NCBI GenBank assembly: GCA_947649365.1
Contig: CANSRH010000007.1
Span: forward strand, 854-64,853
Direction of reading: 5' to 3'
Length of the DNA: 64,000 nucleotides
Source of the DNA: an uncultured Mycoplasmatota bacterium
GTDB lineage: Bacteria; Bacillota_I; Bacilli_A; RF39; UBA660
Position 1 is the stretch's first letter. Each line of letters starts with the position of its first letter. The notes below the pieces were generated by a model, which was given only the letters and a program-made list of their open reading frames with translations, did not search any database and was not told the DNA's origin. This document shows positions 49,849 through 59,697 of the stretch, in pieces. The translations under genes and the position numbers were made by a program.

Positions 49849-50295
49849 CTAACTATTGCAATATTTTATTAATTTTTTATCATTTCCTATATATATATTT
49901 TTATTTCCTCCATTATCCTCTAGACTATTACATTTTACAAGAACAAAATCTTGATTGGATAACTTTTTGTCATTATTTTTTGCAGTATATTCAAAAGCAA
50001 CAGATCCACCATCATTAAGAGCAGAAATAACTTCCATTTGCTCAAAAATTTCTTCTAAAGTTATTACCTTTTTTTCTAGTGCTTCTCCCAATGGAATTTT
50101 ATACTTTTTATCTACTTGATACTCAATTTCTGTAAACATAGAATAAACTTTTTCTTTTTCGCTATAAGCATAAATTTCTATTAAACTATTATTTAATACT
50201 TGTCCAGAAATATTTATTTTATATTTTGAATTTCCACATCCTGTTAACAATAAAGCTATAAGAGGAATCACGATGTATTTTCTTATAAATCCCAC
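49849..50295 (-). CDS. Lipoprotein of unknown function
   Basis: The N-terminus MGFIRKYIVIPLIALLLTGCGN has a canonical LLTGC lipobox. Confidence 0.55.
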   Translation of the reverse strand: MGFIRKYIVIPLIALLLTGCGNSKYKINISGQVLNNSLIEIYAYSEKEKVYSMFTEIEYQVDKKYKIPLGEALEKKVITLEEIFEQMEVISALNDGGSVAFEYTAKNNDKKLSNQDFVLVKCNSLEDNGGNKNIYIGNDKKLIKYCNS

Positions 50296-50690
50296 CTCCT
50301 TCCTTTCTAATAGTAATTTTTAACTGACTTTTATGCTAGCAATAAATAACTCAAACTACTATAAACAATTTAACATAACATTTTTGACAAAAAAATATTA
50401 TGTAGTTATTTGTCTTTTTTTTGTTCCAACTTTTCAAAATACGCTAATAGCAAACAAAGTATACTATTAGACTCGTATTATTCCATATCCAATAATAACT
50501 TTATATTTTTTATCTACATTAATAACTATAATCATCATCAAATTGATATATACATCCTTACATTCTCAACAAAAGCATAAAAAAAGCAAGATTAGACAAT
50601 GACTTATTTGGTTAGAATAGTCTCTTTTTTCTCGCTATCTTTATTTTACTACATTTTTGTCAAAAAAGAATTTGTCAACAATCTAAAAGC

Positions 50691-51248
50691 CTAATAGCCT
50701 CTTTTTTTATAATGTTTATACAATTCTTTAAAACGATTAAAATGGATAATTTCTCTTTGACGTAAGAATAAAAGTGGTCCAATGACATCTTCATCGGTTG
50801 CCAGTTCAATTAAATTTTCATACACGGCTCTTGCTTTTTGCTCCGCAGCCATATCCTCAGAAATATCAGCAATGGGATCTCCTGTTACAGCAAAATAAGC
50901 AGTTGTATAAGGAACTCCACTTGCATTGGATGGATACACACCTAAACCATGTTCAGAATACATATCTCCAAGTCCTGCTGCTTTCATTTCTTCTACACTT
51001 GCCCCTTCTGTAAGTTGTTTAATCATTGTAGCAATCATTTCAACATGACCTAGTTCCTCCGTTGCTATATCATTTAATAAGCTTTTCCCTTTTTCATCAG
51101 GCATAGAAAATTTTTGACTAAAATAACGTAAAGCCGCTGCAAGCTCAGAATTAGAACCTCCAAATTGGGTATGTAGATACTTTGCCATTTTCAAATCTCT
51201 TTTTTTAATATTCACTGGATAATTTAAAGTTTTCATATATTTAAACAT
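50691..51248 (-). CDS. cotJC: Spore coat protein CotJC (manganese-catalase-like ferritin fold)
   Basis: LNYPVNIKKRDLKMAKYL...GGSNSELAAALRYFSQKFSMPD...TEELGHVEMIATMI...GDPIADISEDMAAEQKARAVYENLIEL aligns throughout with B. subtilis CotJC. Confidence 0.85.
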   Translation of the reverse strand: MFKYMKTLNYPVNIKKRDLKMAKYLHTQFGGSNSELAAALRYFSQKFSMPDEKGKSLLNDIATEELGHVEMIATMIKQLTEGASVEEMKAAGLGDMYSEHGLGVYPSNASGVPYTTAYFAVTGDPIADISEDMAAEQKARAVYENLIELATDEDVIGPLLFLRQREIIHFNRFKELYKHYKKRGY

Positions 51249-51699
51249 ACATACTACCTCCTGATTTATCCCATGGCCATGGATTTTTCATCCATTCATA
51301 ACTTCCACCACTTGTTTGATCCAAAGAAAGTGGACCATATTGTTTTGCATATTGATCTTTTAATTCTATGCACTCTTTCGTATATTGTTTAAACTTTTCA
51401 TATATTTTTTGGTCCTCAGGATGTAAATCTAAATATAAGTTTAAATCATTCACAGCAAAATCTTTCTCCATAATTTGATAAAGCAATGCTTCTCGTTCAC
51501 AAGTTGGACGCAATGGCATATACGTCATTCCTTTATAAGGTTCGTACTCATTTTTCCACATATTTCCTCGTAAAAAACCTTCTTTAGAATTTACAAGTGC
51601 ATCGTCTTGAAAACCAAAATAATTTTGCTCAGGTTCTGAAAAAGAAAAGCCAGCCAATGAGAGAACATCAAAATCGTAATCATTATTTTCAAATAACAT
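51241..51699 (-). CDS. cotJB: CotJB-family spore coat protein with an N-terminal CotJA-like extension (apparent cotJA-cotJB fusion)
   Basis: The C-terminal half (IMEKDFAVNDLNLYLDLHPEDQKIYEKFKQYTKECIELKDQYAKQYGPL...NPWPWDKSG) matches CotJB. The N-terminal ~65 aa (FLRGNMWKNEYEPYKG, PTCEREAL) resembles the CotJA C-terminal motif. It overlaps cotJC by 8 nt. Confidence 0.6.
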   Translation of the reverse strand: MLFENNDYDFDVLSLAGFSFSEPEQNYFGFQDDALVNSKEGFLRGNMWKNEYEPYKGMTYMPLRPTCEREALLYQIMEKDFAVNDLNLYLDLHPEDQKIYEKFKQYTKECIELKDQYAKQYGPLSLDQTSGGSYEWMKNPWPWDKSGGSMYV

Positions 51700-51772
51700 T
51701 TTTACTTTCCTCCTGCTATTATCTTATGAAAAAAGAAAAAATTGGAAAAGGCAGAAACCCAATTCCAAAATT

Positions 51773-54388
51773 TTATACACTACATGCATAGTGTTTCTTT
51801 CGAATAAAGATTTTTCGTGTGATATCAATAGGAATTACACTAAAAGACAAAAGAAAAACTAGAAATAACTCTCCTATTGTTAATCCATACGTCCGAAACA
51901 AATCTCCACCATGATAAATTAAATAAAGTTGTACAATCACAATAAAAAGAATCGTAAACAGAAATACCTTATTGTATTTTAAATTAGAAAACAAATTTAT
52001 TCTTTCTGTACGAGCATTAAAAGCATTACAAACCCCAATAAAAATAAACAAGGCAAAATACGCAGTCATTAAATATTGATAAGCAGAACCTGTTCTTATC
52101 ATATGTTTAAACAAAGGTAATTTTAAAAATAAAATACACAAAAGAGCAGAATAACTTCCTGTAAAAATAATTTGACCATACATATACCCATTAATAATTG
52201 GTTCATCTTTTCGTTTAGGAGGTTCAAACATATATCGTTTTAAAGCTGGTTCAAAAGAAAATGCAAGTCCTGCAAACGTATCCATAATCATATTAATCCA
52301 TAACATTTGAATAATGGTAATGGGAGTATTGATTCCAATAAAAGGCCCCAAAATAGACACAAGTAAAGCACACATATTACACGTCAATTGATAAATAATA
52401 AACTTTCGTATACTCTTAAAAATAGTTCTTCCATACAAAATTGCTTTACTAATAGAAAGAATATTATCATCCAAAATAACGATATCACTGGCTTCCTTAC
52501 AAACTTCTGTTCCACTTCCCATTGCAAAACCAACATTCGCTTTTTTCAAAGCTGGAGCATCATTCACCCCATCCCCTGTCATGCCAACCACCAAATCCAT
52601 CTCTTCCAAAACCCGAACCAAACGACTTTTATCTGTAGGCAAAGCACGAGCAATCACCCGAATACGAGTAGCTATTCTTTTTAACTCTGCATCAGACATT
52701 GCATTCAAAGCATCACTTGTAAGTACAAGATCTCGTTCATCTTGTAAAAGTCCTGCTTCACGAGCAATAGTAGTAGCAGTATCCTGATGATCCCCAGTAA
52801 TCATAATCATTTGAATACCCGCACTTTGAATCAAACGTATTCCTTCCTCTGCTTCCTCTCTTAACTCATCACGAATAGCAAGCATTCCTAAAAACACCAA
52901 ATCCTGCATTTGCTCACCAACTGGTTTCGTAGTATAAGCCATAACAAGAACACGAGTTCCACTTTTTGTTAAAGTTGCAATTTTTTCTTCCAACGCCCTT
53001 TTATGAATTAAAGTTCTCTCCCGATTCTCCTCATCCAAATATTTAGAACACAACCCCAAAATACGCTCTGCTGCTCCCTTAACAAAAGTAGTCTGATCTG
53101 TATCATTAATTTGAACAAGAGAATACTTTGTTTGGCTAGAAAAAGGCGTTTTTTGAATTACTTGATAAGAAAACTGCTCATTAGAATGTTTCAAAAATTT
53201 CAAAAGAGCTCGATCTGTCGTATTTCCACTCACTACTTCTCCATTCAAAGTAAAACTACTCTCATTATTATAATAAAAAGAGGAATAAATTTTAGAATAG
53301 AATTTCTCACGTTCCAAAGATTCAATCGTTTTATACATTTTCAAATTTCCACTAATAAAAGAAGTAACCTCCAATTTTCCTTTCGTAAGTGTTCCTGTTT
53401 TATCTGTAAGCAAAACATTTAAACTTCCTGCCGTTTCAATACCCACTAACCTTCGAACTAAAACATTATTTTTAAGCATACGTTTCATATTACTAGAAAG
53501 AACCAACGTAATCATCATTGGTAACCCTTCTGGTACAGCCACAATAATAATCGTCACACTAAGAGTTAATGCATACATAAAATGATCAAACATTACTTCA
53601 AAATTAGTAATTGTCTCTAAAATAGCTTGTCCTTGGAAACCATTAGCGATAACAATCACTGAAAACAAATAAGAGAAGGTCACCAAAAAAGCACCAATAT
53701 AACCAATTTTACTAATTACACTAGCAAGTCCACGAAGCCGAAGTTTCAAAGGACTAGCGGGTTCGCTTTCTTGAAGTTCACTAGCAAGACGTCCATAAAG
53801 AGTTTGGCTTCCAACCTCTGTAACTTTCATAAGAGAATTTCCGTTATAAACAATCGTTCCACGGTATACTTTGTTCTTTTCTTCAATAGTACCCTTTACA
53901 AAAACTTTTTCGGTTTCCTTTGCTTCTCCATTAATAGAAGACTCATCCACATAAATGCTTCCCTGAACCAAATATCCATCTGCTGGAATTTTATCCCCTG
54001 TATTTAGAAGAACAATATCTTCTTTCACTACTTCATTAATTTCAATTTCCTGTATAGTATTCTCACGTCTTACCTTTACTTTTATCTTTGCTGCTTCTTC
54101 ACCAAGTCTTTCAAAGGCCGCTTCGCTTCCATACTCTGAAATAGAAGAAATAAACGAAGCTAAAAAAATAGCAATCAAAATTCCAATAGTTTCAAACCAA
54201 TCAAAATTCTTAAACAAAACTACGACTTTTACAGCCAAAGCAATCAAAAGAATTTTAATAATTGGATCTCCCAAAGATTCCAATAAAAGCCTTAAAAAAC
54301 TATTTTTCTTCTTTTTGACGAGTGCATTGTCTCCATATTTTTTACGATTTTCTACTACTTGTTCTTCTGTCAATCCTTGTATATTCAT
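51773..54388 (-). CDS. Calcium-transporting P-type ATPase (type IIA, YloB/PMCA-like)
   Basis: DKTGTLT is the phosphorylation motif and TGDGVNDAPALKKANVGFAMG the hinge motif. Ten TM helices; length 871 aa. Confidence 0.85.
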   Translation of the reverse strand: MNIQGLTEEQVVENRKKYGDNALVKKKKNSFLRLLLESLGDPIIKILLIALAVKVVVLFKNFDWFETIGILIAIFLASFISSISEYGSEAAFERLGEEAAKIKVKVRRENTIQEIEINEVVKEDIVLLNTGDKIPADGYLVQGSIYVDESSINGEAKETEKVFVKGTIEEKNKVYRGTIVYNGNSLMKVTEVGSQTLYGRLASELQESEPASPLKLRLRGLASVISKIGYIGAFLVTFSYLFSVIVIANGFQGQAILETITNFEVMFDHFMYALTLSVTIIIVAVPEGLPMMITLVLSSNMKRMLKNNVLVRRLVGIETAGSLNVLLTDKTGTLTKGKLEVTSFISGNLKMYKTIESLEREKFYSKIYSSFYYNNESSFTLNGEVVSGNTTDRALLKFLKHSNEQFSYQVIQKTPFSSQTKYSLVQINDTDQTTFVKGAAERILGLCSKYLDEENRERTLIHKRALEEKIATLTKSGTRVLVMAYTTKPVGEQMQDLVFLGMLAIRDELREEAEEGIRLIQSAGIQMIMITGDHQDTATTIAREAGLLQDERDLVLTSDALNAMSDAELKRIATRIRVIARALPTDKSRLVRVLEEMDLVVGMTGDGVNDAPALKKANVGFAMGSGTEVCKEASDIVILDDNILSISKAILYGRTIFKSIRKFIIYQLTCNMCALLVSILGPFIGINTPITIIQMLWINMIMDTFAGLAFSFEPALKRYMFEPPKRKDEPIINGYMYGQIIFTGSYSALLCILFLKLPLFKHMIRTGSAYQYLMTAYFALFIFIGVCNAFNARTERINLFSNLKYNKVFLFTILFIVIVQLYLIYHGGDLFRTYGLTIGELFLVFLLSFSVIPIDITRKIFIRKKHYACSV

Positions 54389-54529
54389 TGGTAACTTGTC
54401 CTCCTAAAAAACTATATGTGGACAACCTCTAAAAAAGACTATTTACTTATATAAAAAAAAGAATCAACTTACCAATATTAGTAAATTAATTCTCCAATAA
54501 AAAGATATATAGAATTCTTTTAATAGTTA

Positions 54530-55777
54530 CTACATGTCAATGCGATAAGGATTCTCTCTTGAACCATCACCACTTTTATATTTTATATTTGCTTTTAAAT
54601 AAAATACTGGTCGAACACCTTTCCCAACAGTAGAATGAGCCATAATCACTTCTCCTGTAGAAGAAATACTAACAACATAATACCCACCGTTTATACCCGA
54701 ACTCTCTTGAGTAATAACCCATTCATCGTATTTATTTTCTAAATTATAGAGCCAAGAACCAGATAAATAATTTCCAGTATAAGATTTTATAGACAAATCA
54801 AAATAATTGGTTCCAAGAGAATAGCCATAATCAGAAGGATACATAAGACCTATCTTTCCAAGAAATTGCAACATTCCTTTATTTACTCCTTTTGTAGAAG
54901 AACGTTCAATTTGATAAAACTGATTGGGAGAATAATTTTCATAACTACCATAAGTAATCGAACCCAAATACCATAAAGTATCTTCTACATAATTCTTGTA
55001 TTCCCCAAAACTATTCCAATAGACATCATTTAATACGTTTCTTTGTAACGTACTTTCTTCCCATTTAACCGTAGAATTATGATTCCAACTATATCCGACT
55101 CCATTCGTTGCAGAAGAAGAATTTTTTAAAAAACCACTACTCGTTTCTGTATAATTGCTTGCTTTAATTAACTTCACTCGATTCTCGTATTCTCCATCCA
55201 TACTTTTTTGAGTTGGTATCACTCCAATAATTCGATATAAATTGTCATCTGTACAATTCTCACTACATCCAAAATACACATAATTATTTACTTCTTCATT
55301 CGATCCAACATATCGATAATCTTCTAATGCTGGTGTCTGTTCTGTTGCTTCATGACTTACCTTGACTACATGATTACTCGTATCACTTAAATCCTTTATA
55401 TACTCACTAAAATATTTCCCTCGTTTAAATTGGATGGTACATTTTGTCTTTGTTTCTTTAATATTCTGAAGATAAGGTCCCCATCTTTCATAATCCCAAT
55501 ATCCTTTGGCCCCTTTATCACAAGTTATACTTACATCATACGCTCCCTTACTAGGTAATGTATTTATACTTTCTCCATCCATTGTAATGGCAAGTTCCAA
55601 ATCTCCACTAACAAACGATGGTACTCGTCCTCTTAGGACATTGAATGTCTTTTCTTCTTTATATAAAGCAAATGTTTTGTATAGTGTTATACTTCCTAGT
55701 ACTATCAGTATCCCTAATATAGAACCAAGTACTACTTTCTTGTTTCTTTTGTTTTTACTAAATTTTTCTAATTTCAA
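54530..55777 (-). CDS. Membrane-anchored secreted protein of unknown function, paralog of 22229..23485
   Basis: It shares a near-identical N-terminal ~95 aa (signal anchor through ITCDKGA) and scattered conserved blocks (YFGCSENCT.DNLYR.IGVIPTQ, ENRVKLIKA, IGLMYPSDY, GDGSRENPYRI). The start was set at the TTG 10 nt after AGGAGAG (MKLEKFSKNK); the ORF track extends it to 55876. Confidence 0.55.
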   Translation of the reverse strand: MKLEKFSKNKRNKKVVLGSILGILIVLGSITLYKTFALYKEEKTFNVLRGRVPSFVSGDLELAITMDGESINTLPSKGAYDVSITCDKGAKGYWDYERWGPYLQNIKETKTKCTIQFKRGKYFSEYIKDLSDTSNHVVKVSHEATEQTPALEDYRYVGSNEEVNNYVYFGCSENCTDDNLYRIIGVIPTQKSMDGEYENRVKLIKASNYTETSSGFLKNSSSATNGVGYSWNHNSTVKWEESTLQRNVLNDVYWNSFGEYKNYVEDTLWYLGSITYGSYENYSPNQFYQIERSSTKGVNKGMLQFLGKIGLMYPSDYGYSLGTNYFDLSIKSYTGNYLSGSWLYNLENKYDEWVITQESSGINGGYYVVSISSTGEVIMAHSTVGKGVRPVFYLKANIKYKSGDGSRENPYRIDM

Positions 55778-55909
55778 TTTCAACACTCTCCTAAAATATG
55801 AATTGCCATATTGTACAAAAAGAATAACAAAAGAAAACGAACAAAACCACGACATAACACTTCGTGGCAAATTCAAAAAATATATGACATAGTATATTCA
55901 AGTGATTCT

Positions 55910-56116
55910 ATGATAAAAAAATATAGAAAACAAGCAAAATTAACACAAGAAGAATTAGCAGAAAAATTAGAAATTAGCACTAGACAATTACAACGTTTAG
56001 AAAAGAAAACAGATCTTCCAAGCTTTTCTACTCTACAAAAAATGGTAATTATTCTAAATATTAATGATGCAGATTTAGGAAACTACGTAAGAAATTTAAA
56101 AAAAAGAATAAAATAA
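55910..56116 (+). CDS. Small XRE-family HTH transcriptional regulator
   Basis: AKLTQEELAEKLEISTRQLQRLEKKTDLPSFSTLQKMVIILNINDADL is the HTH region. The start was chosen at the internal ATG; the ORF track starts at 55811. Confidence 0.5.
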   Translation: MIKKYRKQAKLTQEELAEKLEISTRQLQRLEKKTDLPSFSTLQKMVIILNINDADLGNYVRNLKKRIK

Positions 56117-56157
56117 ATTAAAAAAATCTCCTTTTTCCTAGGAGACTTTTTATATTT

Positions 56158-56820
56158 TTAAATTTTATATAATTTTGTATTTTTACGCGAAATAGTAAAT
56201 ACACCAACCGCTAAAACAATTCCAGCAATGATAACAAGGTATGGCATAGAACTACCAGTTTGAGGATTAGTTACACATTCAGCATTGTAAACAGCCTCAG
56301 TAACTTCATTTCCATTTTTACCATAGTATTTTCCACCAATAACACGACAAGTATAACTTTCTTCTACTGTAATTTTGTTACCACAAGTAAAATTTCCATT
56401 TTCGTCATAACAAGGAATCAACTCAATTGCACATTTTTCCCCAGCCGTATTTACATCTAAAACAATTGTTGCAATTGTAAACTTCGCACTAGACACGGGA
56501 CTAGTTGTTGTAAAGATTAAATTTGTATTTGAAGTAGACTCATTTACCCAAGGACTACTTGCAGTAATAGATTTTACTGTCATATTTTGTAAAGCAAGTG
56601 TTGCAGTAAATCTTGATAAACTGCTTCCTCCAGTAGCTCTACCTATAATATAGCAAGTTTCTTCTGTTGCATTTCCTCTCTCATCATGTTTAGTAGCTTC
56701 ACAATAAAAACCATCTTTACTACTTCCTTTTACAGTTTCATTGAAAGCTAAGTCTGCATTTACGCTCATTGGTAATACTACCATCATTGCTAAAACGATT
56801 AAGCCTATAACTTTTTTCAT
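56158..56820 (-). CDS. Cys-rich secreted protein with C-terminal NPQTG sortase sorting signal (candidate sortase B substrate)
   Basis: The signal peptide MKKVIGLIVLAMMVVLPMSVNA opens a mature domain with about 9 Cys. It ends in NPQTG, a hydrophobic segment (LVIIAGIVLAVGVFTI) and a basic tail SRKNTKLYKI, a textbook cell-wall sorting signal of the NPxTG class. Confidence 0.6.
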   Translation of the reverse strand: MKKVIGLIVLAMMVVLPMSVNADLAFNETVKGSSKDGFYCEATKHDERGNATEETCYIIGRATGGSSLSRFTATLALQNMTVKSITASSPWVNESTSNTNLIFTTTSPVSSAKFTIATIVLDVNTAGEKCAIELIPCYDENGNFTCGNKITVEESYTCRVIGGKYYGKNGNEVTEAVYNAECVTNPQTGSSMPYLVIIAGIVLAVGVFTISRKNTKLYKI

Positions 56821-56962
56821 TTTATATACCTCTTTCTTCTACTATTATGTCTTAATTATAGCATAAAAATTCATAAAAGCTATCATTTTTTATAAAATAT
56901 ACAAAAAATCTGTAAATTTGTGGTATGATATAAAATGTAAGAATAAAAAAGGTGGTGGTTTC

Positions 56963-58516
56963 ATGCAAAAAATTTTGATGAGTATATCAAAAGAAACAAT
57001 ACGATTTACATACAAAGAAGAACCATCTTTTGCCATTAAATTAGATAAAGAACATACCACTACTTCCAATGAAATTTCATTTACAAAAGAATACATTACC
57101 ATTCATCAAAAAATAGTCACAGATTTTATTTTAGAGCTTTGTAAAGAGAAAAATATTCGTAGTGTTTCTTTTGAAACCTATGAACTTGCCCTATTTTTAT
57201 TGGAATTATTCAAAAAAAATCCAGAAATTCATGCGATTTGCATCCGTGAAGCTGCTCCTTTAACGTTTTCATTGTATGAAAAAATAATAGAAAACAAAAA
57301 CATTCATTATGTAGAAGCAGAAAGCATTCCAAAATACATGATTGAAATGCTAGACAAAAAAGGTATACGTTCTGAATCTCGGACAGAAATCTTCTATCCG
57401 AGTGAATTAATGCAAACCAACAACCTAGTGAGTTATTCCAAAATTTTTTATAAAACCAACATCCGCATTGGAACCATATTTACAGAAGAAGATCGCGACG
57501 ACTTTCTAGCGTTCTGTAACATCAACAATTACTTAAAAACCATTCATTTGGATATATTTAACAAACGAGATTTAGAATTTATTTTAGACAGCATTACAGA
57601 AAATCGAAGAAAAAATATTAACATCTTAATTCATGTCAACATAAAAGATTACAAAACCATTGAATACTTGAAAAAAACCAACAAAAGAATGAAAAAAAAC
57701 AAATTACACATTGATCTTGTCTATGACAAAGAATATTTAAAAAACAATTTATTTCCTCAAATTCTTATGAATATGTTAAAAATATGTGGTTTAATTTTAG
57801 TTATCTTTGTAGTAAGCATTATTAGTTACATCAGTATAAGCAATTACGTTGCCTTACAAGAAGTAACTCAAATACAAGAAAACCTAAAAGAAACCATTAA
57901 AGAAGGCAATACAGAAAATATAGAAATTGAAAACCCTATTGAAAAAGAAATCAAAAACGATTACATTGTATCCTTACTTCCAATTAACCCTGATGTCATT
58001 GGATGGTTAAAAGTAAACAACACCAATGTAGACTATCCAGTAGTCCAATCAAATGACAACGAATACTATTTAAAACACAATCTTTACAAAGAAACCGATA
58101 AAAATGGCTGGATATTTATGGATTATAGAAACTCTCACAACTTTTTAGATGCGAACACCATTATTTATGGCCACAACATGTACTATAGTGGAGTCATGTT
58201 TGGAACTCTTGTCAATGCTTACAAAAAAACCTGGTATACAAACCCTGAAAATCAAATCATTAGTTACGATACCATCTACGAAAGCAACAAATACCAAATC
58301 TTCTCTATTTATAAAGTACAAAAAACAAAAGATTATTTAAAAACTTATTTCGGTAGTGACGAAGAATTCAACAACTATGTTGATCTTGTAAAAGGAAGAA
58401 GCATTCATGACTTTGGAATAGAAGTCAACCCAGGAGACAAAATATTAACCCTTTCTACCTGCACAGGAGAAAATCAACGTCTCGTCATTCATGCCAAATT
58501 AATACCTGAGAGTTAA
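56963..58516 (+). CDS. srtB: Class B-like sortase with an unusual ~280-aa N-terminal cytoplasmic domain of unknown function
   Basis: The C-terminal ~230 aa carry sortase B hallmarks: YPVVQSNDNEYYLKHNLY, the catalytic His in IIYGHNM, the TLSTC catalytic Cys motif and RLVIHAKL. A TM helix sits at LILVIFVVSIISYISI. AGGTGGTGG precedes the ATG at 56963. Confidence 0.7.
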   Translation: MQKILMSISKETIRFTYKEEPSFAIKLDKEHTTTSNEISFTKEYITIHQKIVTDFILELCKEKNIRSVSFETYELALFLLELFKKNPEIHAICIREAAPLTFSLYEKIIENKNIHYVEAESIPKYMIEMLDKKGIRSESRTEIFYPSELMQTNNLVSYSKIFYKTNIRIGTIFTEEDRDDFLAFCNINNYLKTIHLDIFNKRDLEFILDSITENRRKNINILIHVNIKDYKTIEYLKKTNKRMKKNKLHIDLVYDKEYLKNNLFPQILMNMLKICGLILVIFVVSIISYISISNYVALQEVTQIQENLKETIKEGNTENIEIENPIEKEIKNDYIVSLLPINPDVIGWLKVNNTNVDYPVVQSNDNEYYLKHNLYKETDKNGWIFMDYRNSHNFLDANTIIYGHNMYYSGVMFGTLVNAYKKTWYTNPENQIISYDTIYESNKYQIFSIYKVQKTKDYLKTYFGSDEEFNNYVDLVKGRSIHDFGIEVNPGDKILTLSTCTGENQRLVIHAKLIPES

Positions 58517-59613
58517 TTCTCAGGCTTTTTTATACTTTCTTCCATCCAATGGAAATTATTTTTAATTCTCTCATCCATTGGGCTAAGTTCCAATGCTTTT
58601 TTTACATATAGAAAAGCTTCTTCCTTTTTTCCTAAAGAATAAGCAACTACACTAAACAAATCATAAAAATAAGAATTCCAACAAAAATCTTCATTAATAT
58701 ACGTCTTTGGTTTTTCTGTAATCTTACTAGCCTCTTTCAAATAATCATAAGCCTCTTTATCATTTCCTTCTTCATAACATAAAGTAGCAAGTTCCACATA
58801 AGCTTCCCGTAAATAAGGTGCTTCTGTAATCGCTTTAGAAAACCACATTTTCGCTTCAATAGGACGTTGCAATCCAATATAAGACCTAGCAATAAAACGC
58901 ATCGAAGCTGCCCTCTCATCTTTCCATGTACTACTTTTCAAACGTAAATGGCGAAGCAAAGTATCAATCGCCTCATTCCATTTTTTATAATACATATACT
59001 CACGACCCAAATAATGCATATTCCGATCATCCTCTGGATCTTCTTTCACAGACTCCTCTAAAAGTGGTAAATAAGAACTTCTTGGTTTAGTCAAATCCTG
59101 ATGGTGATTAAGTACCATTCCCTCAACTACAACACTCTTTTCCTTCTCACCTATGAACTTCAAAACCTCATGTACAGGATGTTCCCAAACATAAGAATCT
59201 TTTCTATGAATTTTAGACATATAAAAAGTGGTTGCAGGATTTCCATAAGAATCAAAACTCCAGTTGTATAAATAATCCACTCGAGTAGGTTGTTCTTTTA
59301 ACCAAACATCTTCTAGCTTTTCTCTCCATCCAGGTTCAAAAACCTCATCAAAATCAGTACAAATACAAATATCCGCATCATCAGGCACCATATCCAAAGA
59401 CTTATTTCTGGCAACATCAAAACGAAAAGGTTCTATTTTTTCTTCTCGAACAACCACTTTACTATGTCCTTTCAAAAGCTCTACAGTAGCATCAGTCGAT
59501 CCAGTATCTAAAACATAAATACCATCTGCTTCACTCATACTTTTTATATAACGATCTACAAACTTACTTTCATTTTTACTTATAGCATACACATAAACTT
59601 TTAGTTTTTTCAT
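58513..59613 (-). CDS. Family 2 glycosyltransferase (GT-A fold) with C-terminal TPR-like repeats
   Basis: The N-terminus VYVYAISKNESKFVDRYIKSMSEADGIYVLDTGSTDATVELLK and a D-x-D-like DFDEVF mark the GT-A fold. The C-terminal helical-repeat region is LGREYMYYKKWNEAIDTLL...AYVELATLCYEEGNDKEAYDYLKEA. The start is at the Met of MKKLKVY, with GAAGGAGGA upstream. Confidence 0.7.
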   Translation of the reverse strand: MKKLKVYVYAISKNESKFVDRYIKSMSEADGIYVLDTGSTDATVELLKGHSKVVVREEKIEPFRFDVARNKSLDMVPDDADICICTDFDEVFEPGWREKLEDVWLKEQPTRVDYLYNWSFDSYGNPATTFYMSKIHRKDSYVWEHPVHEVLKFIGEKEKSVVVEGMVLNHHQDLTKPRSSYLPLLEESVKEDPEDDRNMHYLGREYMYYKKWNEAIDTLLRHLRLKSSTWKDERAASMRFIARSYIGLQRPIEAKMWFSKAITEAPYLREAYVELATLCYEEGNDKEAYDYLKEASKITEKPKTYINEDFCWNSYFYDLFSVVAYSLGKKEEAFLYVKKALELSPMDERIKNNFHWMEESIKKPEN

Positions 59614-59697
59614 TATATCCTCCTTCTCTATAATGTATGTCACTAGAAAAAAGAAAAATAATGAAGACAAACAAAAAAAGAGGTTTTTTCCTCTTTA

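Noticed and set aside
58513-59613. GT2-TPR protein as a SunS-like glycocin S-glycosyltransferase
   Set aside because: The domain architecture resembles SunS. However, there is no nearby small Cys-rich precursor peptide, no C39-peptidase ABC transporter and no thiol-disulfide oxidoreductase. The neighbour is a large S/T/P-rich membrane protein instead.
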